Origin: Eledone cirrhosa
Lineage: Eukaryota
DNA length: 64,000 bases
Direction of reading: 5' to 3'
Assembly: GCA_964016885.1 (NCBI GenBank)
Contig: OZ024745.1
Coordinates: 5,270,001 to 5,334,000, forward strand
The position numbers and the translations under genes were made by a program. The notes below the pieces were generated by a model. That model ran no database searches. It was not told the origin of the DNA and was given only the letters and a program-made list of their open reading frames with translations. This document shows, in pieces, positions 55,139-64,000 of the stretch. The first letter of the stretch is position 1. Each line of letters starts with the position of its first letter.

Positions 55139-55600
55139 TATATATCTAAAACAGAGAATGTCTGTCTGTCTGTTTGAATCCCTAAAACTCGAGAATCACC
55201 CAACCAATGTTTTTGAATTTCACACATATAATACTTATGGTTGTGTGACTGTTTTGTGCAAAAGAAATTCAAATTTTCAATGCCCTAGGGACCGCATTAG
55301 GCGATTTAACGATCTCTGTCTCTCTTTCTTAGCCTGTCTTTTTAGATAGATACATATCTACAACGTCGCGCCCTTATAATATCAGTCTGTATGTCTGGCT
55401 GTCTACATGACAACATTTTGACGCTGTGTGTGTGTGTGTGTGTGTATATATGTATATATAGTGTGTGTGTATATATATACATATAGTGTGTAACGTTTTT
55501 CGAAATATTTACTTCTGCATTCACAGATTGATTTTTTTAGTTTCAGAAGATCCCGTTAAGGGTGAAAGCAGCGATTCTTTGCTTAAACTTTAATCTGTTA

Positions 55601-55646
<46 letters not shown>

Positions 55647-55810
55647 TAACAGATTAAAGTTTAAGCAAAGAATCGCTGCTTTCACCCTTAACGGGATCTT
55701 CTGAAACTAAAAAAATCAATCTGTGAATGCAGAAGTAAATATCTAGGGTTCTCTGCTAGTTCTATCTAGGGTTCTCTGCTAGTTCTATCTAGGGTTCTCT
55801 GCTAGTTCTA
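55139..55810 (+). mobile_element. Possible non-autonomous Helitron-like element, rearranged
   Basis: 5' part TATATATCTAAAACAGAGAATG(TCTG)n...CCCTAAAACTCGAGAA...CAACC...AATTT resembles (CTGT)n-carrying Helitron 5' ends. The 3' end GGGTTCTCTGCTAG|T fits the CTRR terminus rule. Recognition by pattern only. Confidence 0.5.
55505..55742. repeat. Perfect 238-bp palindrome: 102-bp arms around (TA)17
   Basis: 55505-55606 is the exact reverse complement of 55641-55742, and the central (TA)17 is self-complementary. Confidence 0.96.
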
Positions 55811-55814
55811 TCTA
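55741..55814. repeat. 23-bp unit x3.2 (ATCTAGGGTTCTCTGCTAGTTCT)
   Basis: Exact copies at 55741, 55764 and 55787. Confidence 0.95.
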
Positions 55815-55934
55815 AATTCACCACAAAAATCTTTCTTCATTATTTTATTGACCTCAACCAACTATTAAGATATTAGGATGCAGTGATAATAACTTGAAAT
55901 GGATTGAATTAAATTAAAATATTAAATTGAATTG

Positions 55935-57400
55935 TAAAGGTGCCTTTATATGTGTGTACCTGTGTATATATATACTCACACACATATTAATCATAAAGGG
56001 GCCTTTATATGTGTGTACCTGTGTATATATATAGTCATACACATATTAATCATAAAGGTGCCTTTATATGTGTGTACCTGTGTATATATATACTCACACA
56101 CATATTAATCATAAAGGGGCCTTTATATGTGTGTACCTGTATATATATATACTCACACACATATTAATCATAAAGGGGCCTTTATATGTGTGTACCTGTA
56201 TATATATATAGTCACACACATATTAATCATAAAGGTCCCTTTATATGTGTGTACCTGTATATATATATAGTCACACAAATATTAATCATAAAGGTCCCTT
56301 TATATGTGTGTACCTGTATATATATATAGTCACACAAATATTAATCATAAAGGTCCCTTTATATGTGTGTACCTGTGTATATATATAGTCATCATCATCA
56401 TCATCACCGTTTTACGTCCGTTCTTCCACGCTAGCATGGGTTAGACGGGTTGTCCTGTTGTGTGCAGTGTCTGGTCGGCTGACCATGCCTTCCTCATACA
56501 GGAACTGATCTGGCTTGATTTCTACAGCTGGATGCCCTTCCTAACACCAACCTCATTTACAGTGTGGGCTGGGTGCTTTTCTTTTGCCGTGGCACCTCCA
56601 CGACCACCTTGCGGTGGGGGGTGTGGGGGCATATTGTTTATATGCTTCAGCATGTACCCATGGGAGGTCGGGTACTCTGTATTACTGCGTGACGCCAGAA
56701 GTCACGGTCGTGTGTCATTGTCTTTGAGAGGTGTAATTGGGTAAAGTCACACACATATTAATCATAAAGGTCCCTTTATATGTGTGTACCTGTATATATA
56801 TATAGTCACACACATATTAATCATAAAGGGGCCTTTATATGTGTGTACCTGTATATATATAGTCACACACATATTAATCATAAAGGGGCCTTTATATGTG
56901 TGTACCTGTATATATATATAGTCACACACATATTAATCATAAAGGTCCCTTTATATGTGTGTACCTGTATATATATATAGTCACACACATATTAATCATA
57001 AAGGTCCCTTTATATGTGTGTACCTGTATATATATATAGTCACACACATATTAATCATAAAGGTCCCTTTATATGTGTGTACCTGTATATATATATAGTC
57101 ACACAAATATTAATCATAAAGGTCCCTTTATATGTGTGTACCTGTATATATAGTCACACAAATATTAATCATAAAGGTCCCTTTATATGTGTGTACCTGT
57201 GTATATATATAGTCATACACATATTAATCATAAAGGTCCCTTTATATGTGTGTACCTGTATATATATATAGTCACACACATATTAATCATAAAGGGGCCT
57301 TTATATGTGTGTACCTGTATATATATATAGTCACACACATATTAATCATAAAGGGGCCTTTATATGTGTGTACCTGTATATATATATATATATAGTCATA
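55935..57400. repeat. ~59-bp minisatellite (TAAAGGnnCCTTTATATGTGTGTACCTGTATATATATATAGTCACACACATATTAATCA), interrupted by an RTE insertion
   Basis: TAAAGG at 55935 and 55994 (59-bp period); the array resumes at 56745 after the insertion. Confidence 0.95.
56392..56744 (-). mobile_element. 5'-truncated RTE-clade LINE (ORF C-terminus, 3' UTR and (GAT)n tail)
   Basis: Minus strand reads TQLHLSKTMTHDRDFWRHAVIQSTRPPMGTC* (DRxxWR C-terminal motif of RTE ORFs), then a UTR with AGGAAGGGCATCCAGCTGTAGAAA and a (GAT)n tail. Flanked by AGTCA at 56387-56391 and 56745-56749. Confidence 0.8.
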
Positions 57401-57458
57401 CAAATAAAATCCACTATTGTTTATTCATGTTTAAGAGTTTCAGTTAGCAAAGTAATTT

Positions 57459-58648
57459 GTGTGAGTGCATGTGTGAGTGAGCGCATGTGTGAATGTATGT
57501 GTGAGTGTGAGTGCATGTGCGAGTGTGAGTGCATGTGTGAGTGTGAGTGCATGTGTGAATGCATGTGAGTGTGAGTGCATGTGCGAGTGTGAGTGCATGT
57601 GTGAGTGTGAGCGCATGTGTGAATGCATGTGTGAGTGTGAGTGCATGTGCGAGTGTGAGTGTGAGTGCATGTGTGAGTGTGAGTGCATGTGCGAGTGTGA
57701 GTGCATGTGCGAGTGTGAGTGCATGTGTCAGTGCAAGTGCTAGTGTGACTGCATGTGCGAGTGAGTGCATGTGTGAGTGTGTGTGCAAGTGCGAGTGGAT
57801 GTGCGAGTGTGAGTGCATGTGTGAGTGTGAGTGCAAGTGTGAGTGCATGTGAGTGTGAGTACATGTGTGAGTGCGAGTGTGAGTGCAAGTGCGAGTGCAT
57901 GTGTGAGTGTGAGTGCAAGTGCGAGTGTGAGTGCATGTGTGAGTGCATGTGTGAGTGCAAGTGTGAGTGCATGTGCGAGTGTGAGTGCATGTGTGAGTGT
58001 GAGTGCATGTGTGAGTGTGAGTGCAAGTGCGAGTGTGAGTGCATGTGCGAGTGTGAGTGCATGTGCGAGTGTGAGTGCATGTGCGAGTGTGAGTGCATAT
58101 GTGAGTGCATGTGCGAGTGTGAGTGCATGTGTGAGTGTGTGTGCAAGTGCGAGTGGATGTGCGAGTGTGAGTGCATGTGCGAGTGTGAGTGCATGTGCGA
58201 GTGTGAGTGCATGTGTGAGTGTGAGTGCAAATGTGAGTGTGAGTACATGTGTGAGTGCGAGTGTGAGTGCCAGTGCGAGTGCATGTGTGAGTGCAAGTGC
58301 GAGTGTTAGTGCATGTGTGAGTGCATGTGTGAGTGCAAGTGTGAGTGCATGTGTGAGTGTGAGTGCAAGTGCGAGTGCATGTGTGAGTGTGAGTGCATGT
58401 GTGAGTGTGAGTGCAAGTGCGAGTGCATGTGTGAGTGTGAGTGCATGTGTGAGTGTGAGTGCAAGTGCGAGTGTGAGTGCGAGTGCATGTGCGAGTGTGC
58501 GTGCATGTGTGAGTGTGAGTGCATGTGTGAGTGTGAGTGCGAGTGCATGTGCGAGTGTGAGTGCATGTGTGAGTGTGAGTGCGAGTGCATGTGCGAGTGT
58601 GAGTGCATATGTGAGTGTGAGTGCATGTGTGAGTGTGAGTGCAAGTGC
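57459..58648. repeat. GT-rich hexamer-based simple satellite (GAGTGT/GAGTGC/ATGTGT; ~18-bp super-unit)
   Basis: Hexamer periodicity; produces the HSHSHM, CECECM and VSVSAC pseudo-ORFs. Confidence 0.95.
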
Positions 58649-58758
58649 AATTTTGTAAAAATAAATTACGATAATTTGCAAAAAAAACATTTTAAAAGCA
58701 AAGATAAATAAATAGAAACTATCTTTCATCATTGTCAACTTATTTGCCTCTGTTTGGC

Positions 58759-59307
58759 ACATCATCATCATCATCACAGTTTAACATCACCATCATCATC
58801 ATCATCATCATCACAGTTTAACATCACCATCATCATCATCATCACCACAGTTTAACATCACCATCATCATCATCATCACCACAGTTTAACATCATCATCA
58901 TCACCACAGTTTAACATCATCATCATCATCACAGTTTAACATCATCATCATCATCATCACAGTTTAACATTACCAACATCATCATCATCACAGTTTAACA
59001 TTACCATCATTATCATCATCACAGTTTAACATTACCATCATCATCATCATCACAGTTTAACAACACCATCATCATCATCACCACAGTTTAACAACACCAT
59101 CATCATCACCATCACATTTTAACATCATCATCTCATCACTGTCCACACTTCTGTGGGTTAAATGACTTGTCATATGTTGAGGCCAGACCAGTCAGGTGAC
59201 CATATCTTGTATATTTCATTTTAGTTAGGTTTCTACAGCTCGATGACCTTCTTAAGGCCAACCACTTTACAGCCTGTACTGAGAACATTTTATCATCACT
59301 CTGGCAC
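58759..59307 (-). mobile_element. Degenerate RTE-type LINE/SINE 3' end with tandemly amplified tail ([CAT]n-CACAGTTTAA x12)
   Basis: Twelve (CAT)n-CACAGTTTAA units at 58759-59125. GTTTCTACAGCTCGATGACCTTCTTAAGGCCAACCACTTTACAG (59229-59271) matches the UTR core of the 56392-56744 element. Confidence 0.7.
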
Positions 59308-59316
59308 TCCTATCTT

Positions 59317-59645
59317 AAAGGGTGGACTGGGTATTTGTTGTGAAGGGTGGACTGAGTGTCTTTTGTTGTGAAGGGGTGGACTGGGTGTCTTTTGTTGTGA
59401 AGGGTGGACTGGGTCTTTGTTGTGAAGGGTGGACTGAGTGTCTTTTGTTGTGAAGGGATGGACTGGGTGTCTTTTGTTGTGAAGGGTGGACTGGGTGTCT
59501 TTTGTTGTGAAGGGTGGACTGGGTCTTTGTTGTGAAGGGTGGACTGAGTGTCTTTTGTTGTGAAGGGATGGACTGGGTGTCTTTTGTTGTGAAGGGTGGA
59601 CTGGGTGTTTGTTGTGAAGGGTAGACTGGGTGATTTTTATTATGA
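59317..59645. repeat. ~28-bp minisatellite (GAAGGGTGGACTGGGTGTCTTTTGTTGT), ~11-12 copies
   Basis: Direct tandem copies; ends ~20 bp before the exon acceptor. Confidence 0.93.
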
Positions 59646-59667
59646 AACATAATCTTTTCTCATTCAG

Positions 59668-59754
59668 CTCAATAAAATACAGAGCCAGATGGACCAGCAC
59701 CGGAATAATCTTCAGAAACATCATAATGAAGAAATGACTAAAGTTCTTGAGAAG
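59668..59754 (+). CDS. CEP112: Internal coding exon (87 bp, phase 0/0): LNKIQSQMDQHRNNLQKHHNEEMTKVLEK; coiled-coil, CEP112-like
   Basis: Acceptor tcttttctcattcag, donor AAG|gtaacc, open frame. Aligns ungapped to my recollection of vertebrate CEP112 (VNKLKAESEKMKIELKKTHAAETEMTLEK); needs BLAST confirmation. Confidence 0.72.
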
Positions 59755-60329
59755 GTAACCATTGTTCATTTTGAAAATAGCAAACCTTGTCCACATTTTT
59801 TTTTTTTTGTAATTATGAAGCATTTTGCTTGCTTTAATTTTAGGCATGAAATCTTTTAGAAATAAGAGGTACAGCTTGCTGAGTAACTGGGATTACTTGG
59901 ATGTCAGACTGTTGACAAACATGACTATGATAACTTTGCCATCACTAGTGCTGCTCATTACAGACTGGTCTACCTATCTGTAAATATACAAAGTCAGTAC
60001 TGAAGAAGGGCTATTGACCTCACAGAGGTGGGGTCTATATCTTGCTTATGTATTTTCATATGGAGCGAAGAGGAGAAGTTGTCATGTCTTTTGACACTAA
60101 TGGGACCTCCCAATCCCTTTTTTGGCAGCCTCTCTATGGCTGGGAAGCTTGCCAAAACAAGGGGTTTGAAGGACCCTTCAGTTTCTGTCAAATGTAAATG
60201 AAATATTGAGGAAATGGTATTCCAGTAAACACAACACATTTGCTGGTTCATTTTTGGTATTTTATTAAATTATTATATGTAGTTTTATATAGTGTAGTAT
60301 TATTGTTTGTTCCAACATTTCTCTTCCAG

Positions 60330-60392
60330 ACTTCTGCAGAATTAAAGAATTTAGAACAAGAATTTGCTGCAAAGATCCAAATAACTAATACT
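60330..60392 (+). CDS. CEP112: Next internal coding exon (63 bp, phase 0/0): TSAELKNLEQEFAAKIQITNT; CEP112-like
   Basis: Acceptor tttctcttccag, donor |gtaagt, phase-compatible with the previous exon. Continues the recalled CEP112 alignment (ANSKLKQIEKEYTQKLAKSSQ, also 21 aa). Confidence 0.72.
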
Positions 60393-60591
60393 GTAAGTAA
60401 GAAGGAAAATACTTTTTACTTGTCTCTTTACATTTTGGTATCGAATCATGATTTAACTTTTATATATAATCATACAACTGTTCTATATAGATATGAGTGT
60501 GTGTGTGAAAAGTAAATGGAAAAAATACAACAAGCGACACAGTTCAATGAAGATATATATTAGTTTAATGGTTGATATAGTAGGAAAACAG

Positions 60592-60627
60592 TCTTAACGT
60601 TTTGGACACTAGTCCTTCATCAGAAGA
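60592..60627 (-). ncRNA. Degenerate minimal type I hammerhead ribozyme (Penelope-like element remnant)
   Basis: Minus strand: UCUU-CUGAUGA-A-GGAC(UAGU)GUCC-aAAA-C-GUU-AAGA. Stems I and II pair; the core GAAA is mutated to AAAA. Confidence 0.62.
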
Positions 60628-60705
60628 TAGAATGAGAAATAAAAGTTGGAATAGAAAGATAGAGAGTGAGAAGAGGAATGGAAAAACATTTATTTTAAAA
60701 AGAAG

Positions 60706-60734
<29 letters not shown>

Positions 60735-60736
<2 letters not shown>

Positions 60737-60783
60737 GCTAGCGTGGAAGATAGACGTTAAACGATGATGATGATGATGATGAT
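60735..60783 (+). mobile_element. Extreme 3' end of an RTE-type element (ATGCTAGCGTGGAAGATAGACGTTAAAC(GAT)n) inserted in (TA)n
   Basis: Similar to the reverse complement of 56392-56447. Confidence 0.72.
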
Positions 60784-60789
60784 ATATAT

Positions 60790-61205
60790 ATCATCATCAT
60801 CATCATCAACATTTTACGTCCGCTTTTCCCTGCTTGCTCGTAAAAGCAGTCTTTCTCTTCTTTGCCTAGGCCTGCTTGGGGAGCATAGGCAGAGATGATT
60901 GTCACTAGTCCCCTGCCTACAACTAATCTGAGCTTAATTATATGATTATTAACTCGAACTACCTCTATTGTATTATTAATCCATCTCTCAGCCAGGAAAA
61001 TGCCTACTCCCCCTAACCCAACATCCTTACCTACCCAGAAAAGCTTATAGCTAAGATGTTTGCCTACGACTAGTCTTGCAGAGGCACCTCTCCATCTCAC
61101 CTCTTGCACGCAGCACACATCCACATGCCTTCTCTCCAGCATCTCCACTATTTCACCAGATCTACCTCTGAGAGTGCCAACATTAAGTGTTGCAACTCTG
61201 AGATG
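60790..61205 (-). pseudogene. RTE-clade LINE fragment: N-terminal APE endonuclease fused directly to an RTE 3' terminus
   Basis: Minus strand LRVATLNVGTLRGRSGEIVEMLERRHVDVCCVQEVRWRG...GVGI...IISAYAPQAG...EKDCFYE, then GCAAGCAGGGAAAAGCGGACGTAAAATGTT(GAT)n. Confidence 0.88.
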
Positions 61206-61276
61206 CTACGTCTTCATATTTTTGTTGTTCCTATATATTTGTAGCTGTGCTCATAATTGTTTTGGCATTGATACAC

Positions 61277-61352
61277 TGGTTGGATGCCCTTCCTAACACC
61301 AGTGCCACTTTACAGCATGGACTGGGTGCTTTTATTCGTGCCACCAGCACTA
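61277..61352 (-). mobile_element. Fragment of the RTE-type 3' UTR / SINE core
   Basis: TGGATGCCCTTCCTAACACCA...TTTACAG...CTGGGTGCTTTT closely matches 56529-56581. Confidence 0.75.
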
Positions 61353-62139
61353 GAGAGGATGTCTTACTCGACTCATGGGCCCTCTCTACCCCTCCATTTT
61401 ACAGCATGGTCATAACAAAAAAAACCCACTTATTGACACTCACGGCACACACACACACTCACTCACACACCAACACTCATGCATACAAACACACACGCCA
61501 CTCACACACCAGCACCCATGCATACAAACACATACACACACACACATATATTACCGTCAGTACTGATACAAGATCATGTCAACTGTTTACTTTTACAGTT
61601 CAGTATTTTTTTTTACAATAATTGTTTGCTTTACAGCAGAGCAACGCCCCCCCCCCCCCCCCAAACAAGGCACCAGCAATGTGCTGCCCCGTGCCAAGAA
61701 CAGAATAGTTATTATTATTATAGTTGTTTTCTTCTTAAGGTCTGATTGCTGGTGATGGTGGTGGATGGTCTCAGTGATGGTGATGGCTGTTGTTGCTTTT
61801 GTTGTTGTTGTTGTTGTTGTTGTTGCTGTTGTAGTCGCTGGGTTGTAATTTTGAAATTTGGTCTCTTTGCGTGTGTGATATATACACAACTCTACACACC
61901 CTACCACCACTAACCCCCACTCACACCTGCATTCAACCCCTCCCCACCTCCCGTATACTAACACCCACTAACACCTCTTCCCCAAACTACACACACACCA
62001 GTACACCACACTCCCTCCATAGAACCACGCACGCCCTTCTCTCCCCGCTCCACCCACACCCCCGCTCCACACTCACTCATCCCACTAACACCCCTACTAA
62101 TACACACACACACACACACACCCTCCTCACACCAACTTT

Positions 62140-63050
62140 CACACCTACCCATCCTCGCCCTTCTGACCACCTGCCAGCACCAACAGACCACAGCACTCCC
62201 ACTGCTGACCACTTCCTGTTGCGCGCGCACCCCACATCTCTCCTCTTCCGACCACCGCTTCATGGATTACCCACACGCAGAAATTGACTTATAACCAATC
62301 CTCCTAACAACCTTGGAACTTACCAACTTTTCAACCATCCTCTTACACCATCACCTATATAACTCACCCACACACACACCCCCAAAAAATTTTTTTCTCC
62401 ACACGCCACCCACACCCACAACACGCTTAAACCCCACACACACGTGCTTCCCACCACATATTTACACCCTCAGCCTCCTGATTCCTCTCCCCCCACCCCC
62501 TATCCACACACGCACAGACACTCCGACCCACAAAAACACCCCCCACACACACCTCTTCCTGAACATGCAACCCCGTTCTTCCCCCAACCCTTACTTTCAC
62601 ATACACACACACACACGCACACCTACACACACACACCACCTTCAGCCCTCCCCGCTCGGACACCCCGTCTCCCTCTCCCCACTCCACCCGCCACCACCCC
62701 TACTCACCCCACACCCTTCCACCACCTGTTTACCCCCCTTTTAATTTCAGTTTATTTTGATCATGCCTTTATTTTTAAATTTTCTCATTCCTTGTATTTT
62801 GATCATGCTTTACTTTTATTTTTTATCTTTATTTGTTAATTTTTCATTCGCACCGTTTCCTTTCGCTATATGTCTCTCCACCACTCCCTTACACACCCTT
62901 TGAACTCTGTTCCCACACACTTCTCACCTGAGGAAGGGCTTATGCCCGAAACGTCGTCCCCCACCTACACCCCCACTCTCCTGAGCGTGAAACTAATAAA
63001 CATTTATTGTACTGCCTCTCTGTTTTGTCCCTGTTCAAATTTTGCCATTA
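62140..63050 (+). mobile_element. Probable Penelope-like element remnant (decayed GIY-YIG C-terminus, C-rich UTR, hammerhead, AATAAA)
   Basis: RPSDH...TPTADHF...H...RR...LGT pattern at ~62155-62330 loosely resembles the PLE GIY-YIG C-terminus; hammerhead at 62926-62957; AATAAA at 62995. Boundaries uncertain. Confidence 0.5.
62926..62957 (+). ncRNA. Minimal type I hammerhead ribozyme motif
   Basis: AC-CUGAGGA-A-GGGC(UUAU)GCCC-GAAA-C-GUC-GU: intact CUGANGA and GAAA boxes, 4-bp stem II, GUC cleavage triplet; stem I is only 2 bp. Confidence 0.75.
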
Positions 63051-63472
63051 TATATACACATATATATATACATACATACACACACATTCAACACAGAGAA
63101 AGGAGTTTAGCAACAGGTCAGTCACCTTAGTGTAGATAGGGTAATGACTTATGTGGTGGTGGTGGTGGTGGGTCTGATTGTAGACGTTATTGTGGTGGCG
63201 GGGGGGCAGTGAAATGTATCAAGTTTATAGTTCACTTGTCCCTTTTCCTCTCTTTTCAAAATTTTAATTTATGGCCATTTTGCAATGGGGTTAAGTAAAC
63301 GTAAAATGTAAAATTTAAATAGAGATTGCTCTGGAAAAATATATGGAATATTTCTGTAGCTTCCACAGCTTTTTGACAGAACATTTCCCCGGAGTCCAAT
63401 CAGCAAATATTTTGTTGTATTTTGATCTTTCAGAATACGAAAATTAATAAAAACTTACCCCCACGAAAAACA

Positions 63473-63495
63473 GTGTGTTGTCCGATCTATGAGCT

Positions 63496-63581
<86 letters not shown>

Positions 63582-63605
63582 AGCTCATAGATCGGACAAC
63601 ACACG

Positions 63606-63662
<57 letters not shown>

Positions 63663-63679
63663 AGCTCATAGATCGGACA

Positions 63680-63728
<49 letters not shown>

Positions 63729-63750
63729 CACATGAGCTCTATGAGCTCCC
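63473..63750. repeat. Perfect 132-bp palindrome (26-bp arms around (TA)40, 63473-63604) plus extra arm copies between further (TA)n runs
   Basis: GTGTGTTGTCCGATCTATGAGCTCCC (63473-63498) has its reverse complement at 63579-63604 and again at 63660-63685; partial TCTATGAGCTCCC at 63738-63750. Confidence 0.94.
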
Positions 63751-63774
63751 TATATATATATATATATATATATC

Positions 63775-63830
63775 GGCACATGGCTTAGTGGTTAGTGGTT
63801 AGAGCATTGGGCTTGCAATCAAAAGGTTGC
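63775..63830 (+). mobile_element. Possible tRNA-derived SINE 5' head fragment
   Basis: GGCACATGGCTTAGTGG(TTAGTGG)TTAGAGCATTGGGCTTGCAATC: Pol III A-box TGGCTTAGTGG and a tRNA-like D/anticodon region; no intact B box. Confidence 0.5.
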
Positions 63831-63866
63831 AATCAAAAATTGCTCCTGCATTAATTGTGAAGGTTT

Positions 63867-64000
63867 CAATCTATCACTCCAAGAACATGAGAGTGGTGAG
63901 TGCTACAATCTATCACTCCAAGAACATGAGAGTGGTGAGTGCTACAATCTATCACTCCAAGAACATGAGAGTGGTGAGTGCTACAATCTATCACTCCAAG
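63867..64000. repeat. 39-bp tandem repeat (CAATCTATCACTCCAAGAACATGAGAGTGGTGAGTGCTA), >=3.4 copies, running off the right edge
   Basis: Exact copies at 63867, 63906, 63945 and 63984. Confidence 0.93.

Noticed and set aside
57421-58777. His-rich or Cys-rich metal-binding proteins (HSHSHM, CECECM)
   Set aside because: Many frames on both strands are open because of a hexamer simple repeat; no splice or codon evidence.
63410-63475. Possible third exon after ttttgatctttcag ([13 protein letters not shown])
   Set aside because: Weak donor, the peptide does not continue the coiled-coil or the expected CEP112 sequence, and it runs into the palindrome arm.
63775-63870. Functional tRNA gene
   Set aside because: Only an A-box-like 5' half with internal duplications; no T-arm, B box or acceptor stem pairing.

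Overview
Eukaryotic, repeat-dominated DNA with no prokaryotic gene structure. The dispersed repeats (RTE-type 3' ends with (GAT)n tails, Penelope-type hammerheads, very long (TA)n tracts) resemble mollusc, probably octopus, genomic DNA; this is an inference. Bases 1-36322 are one 21-bp satellite array (TAGAGATAGTAGTATACTAGG) with nested higher-order duplications, including a ~12.1-kb tandem duplication. Bases 37155-46167 are a ~2.5-kb compound (TA)n/(TC)n microsatellite interrupted by three same-orientation, sequence-distinct copies of an L1/Tx1-clade non-LTR retrotransposon: a 5'-truncated copy, a copy with an intact 1145-aa APE-RT-zinc-finger ORF2, and an internal RT fragment lacking both ends. 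This suggests a microsatellite-targeting family. A 7.7-kb 37/41-bp satellite follows. The last 9 kb hold minisatellites, RTE/Helitron/Penelope/SINE remnants, two hammerhead-ribozyme motifs, perfect palindromes centred on (TA)n, and two small coiled-coil exons (+ strand) resembling CEP112. If those exons are real, most of the window is probably one giant intron. Most ORF-track entries are translations of simple repeats. All comparisons were made by eye; no database search was run.
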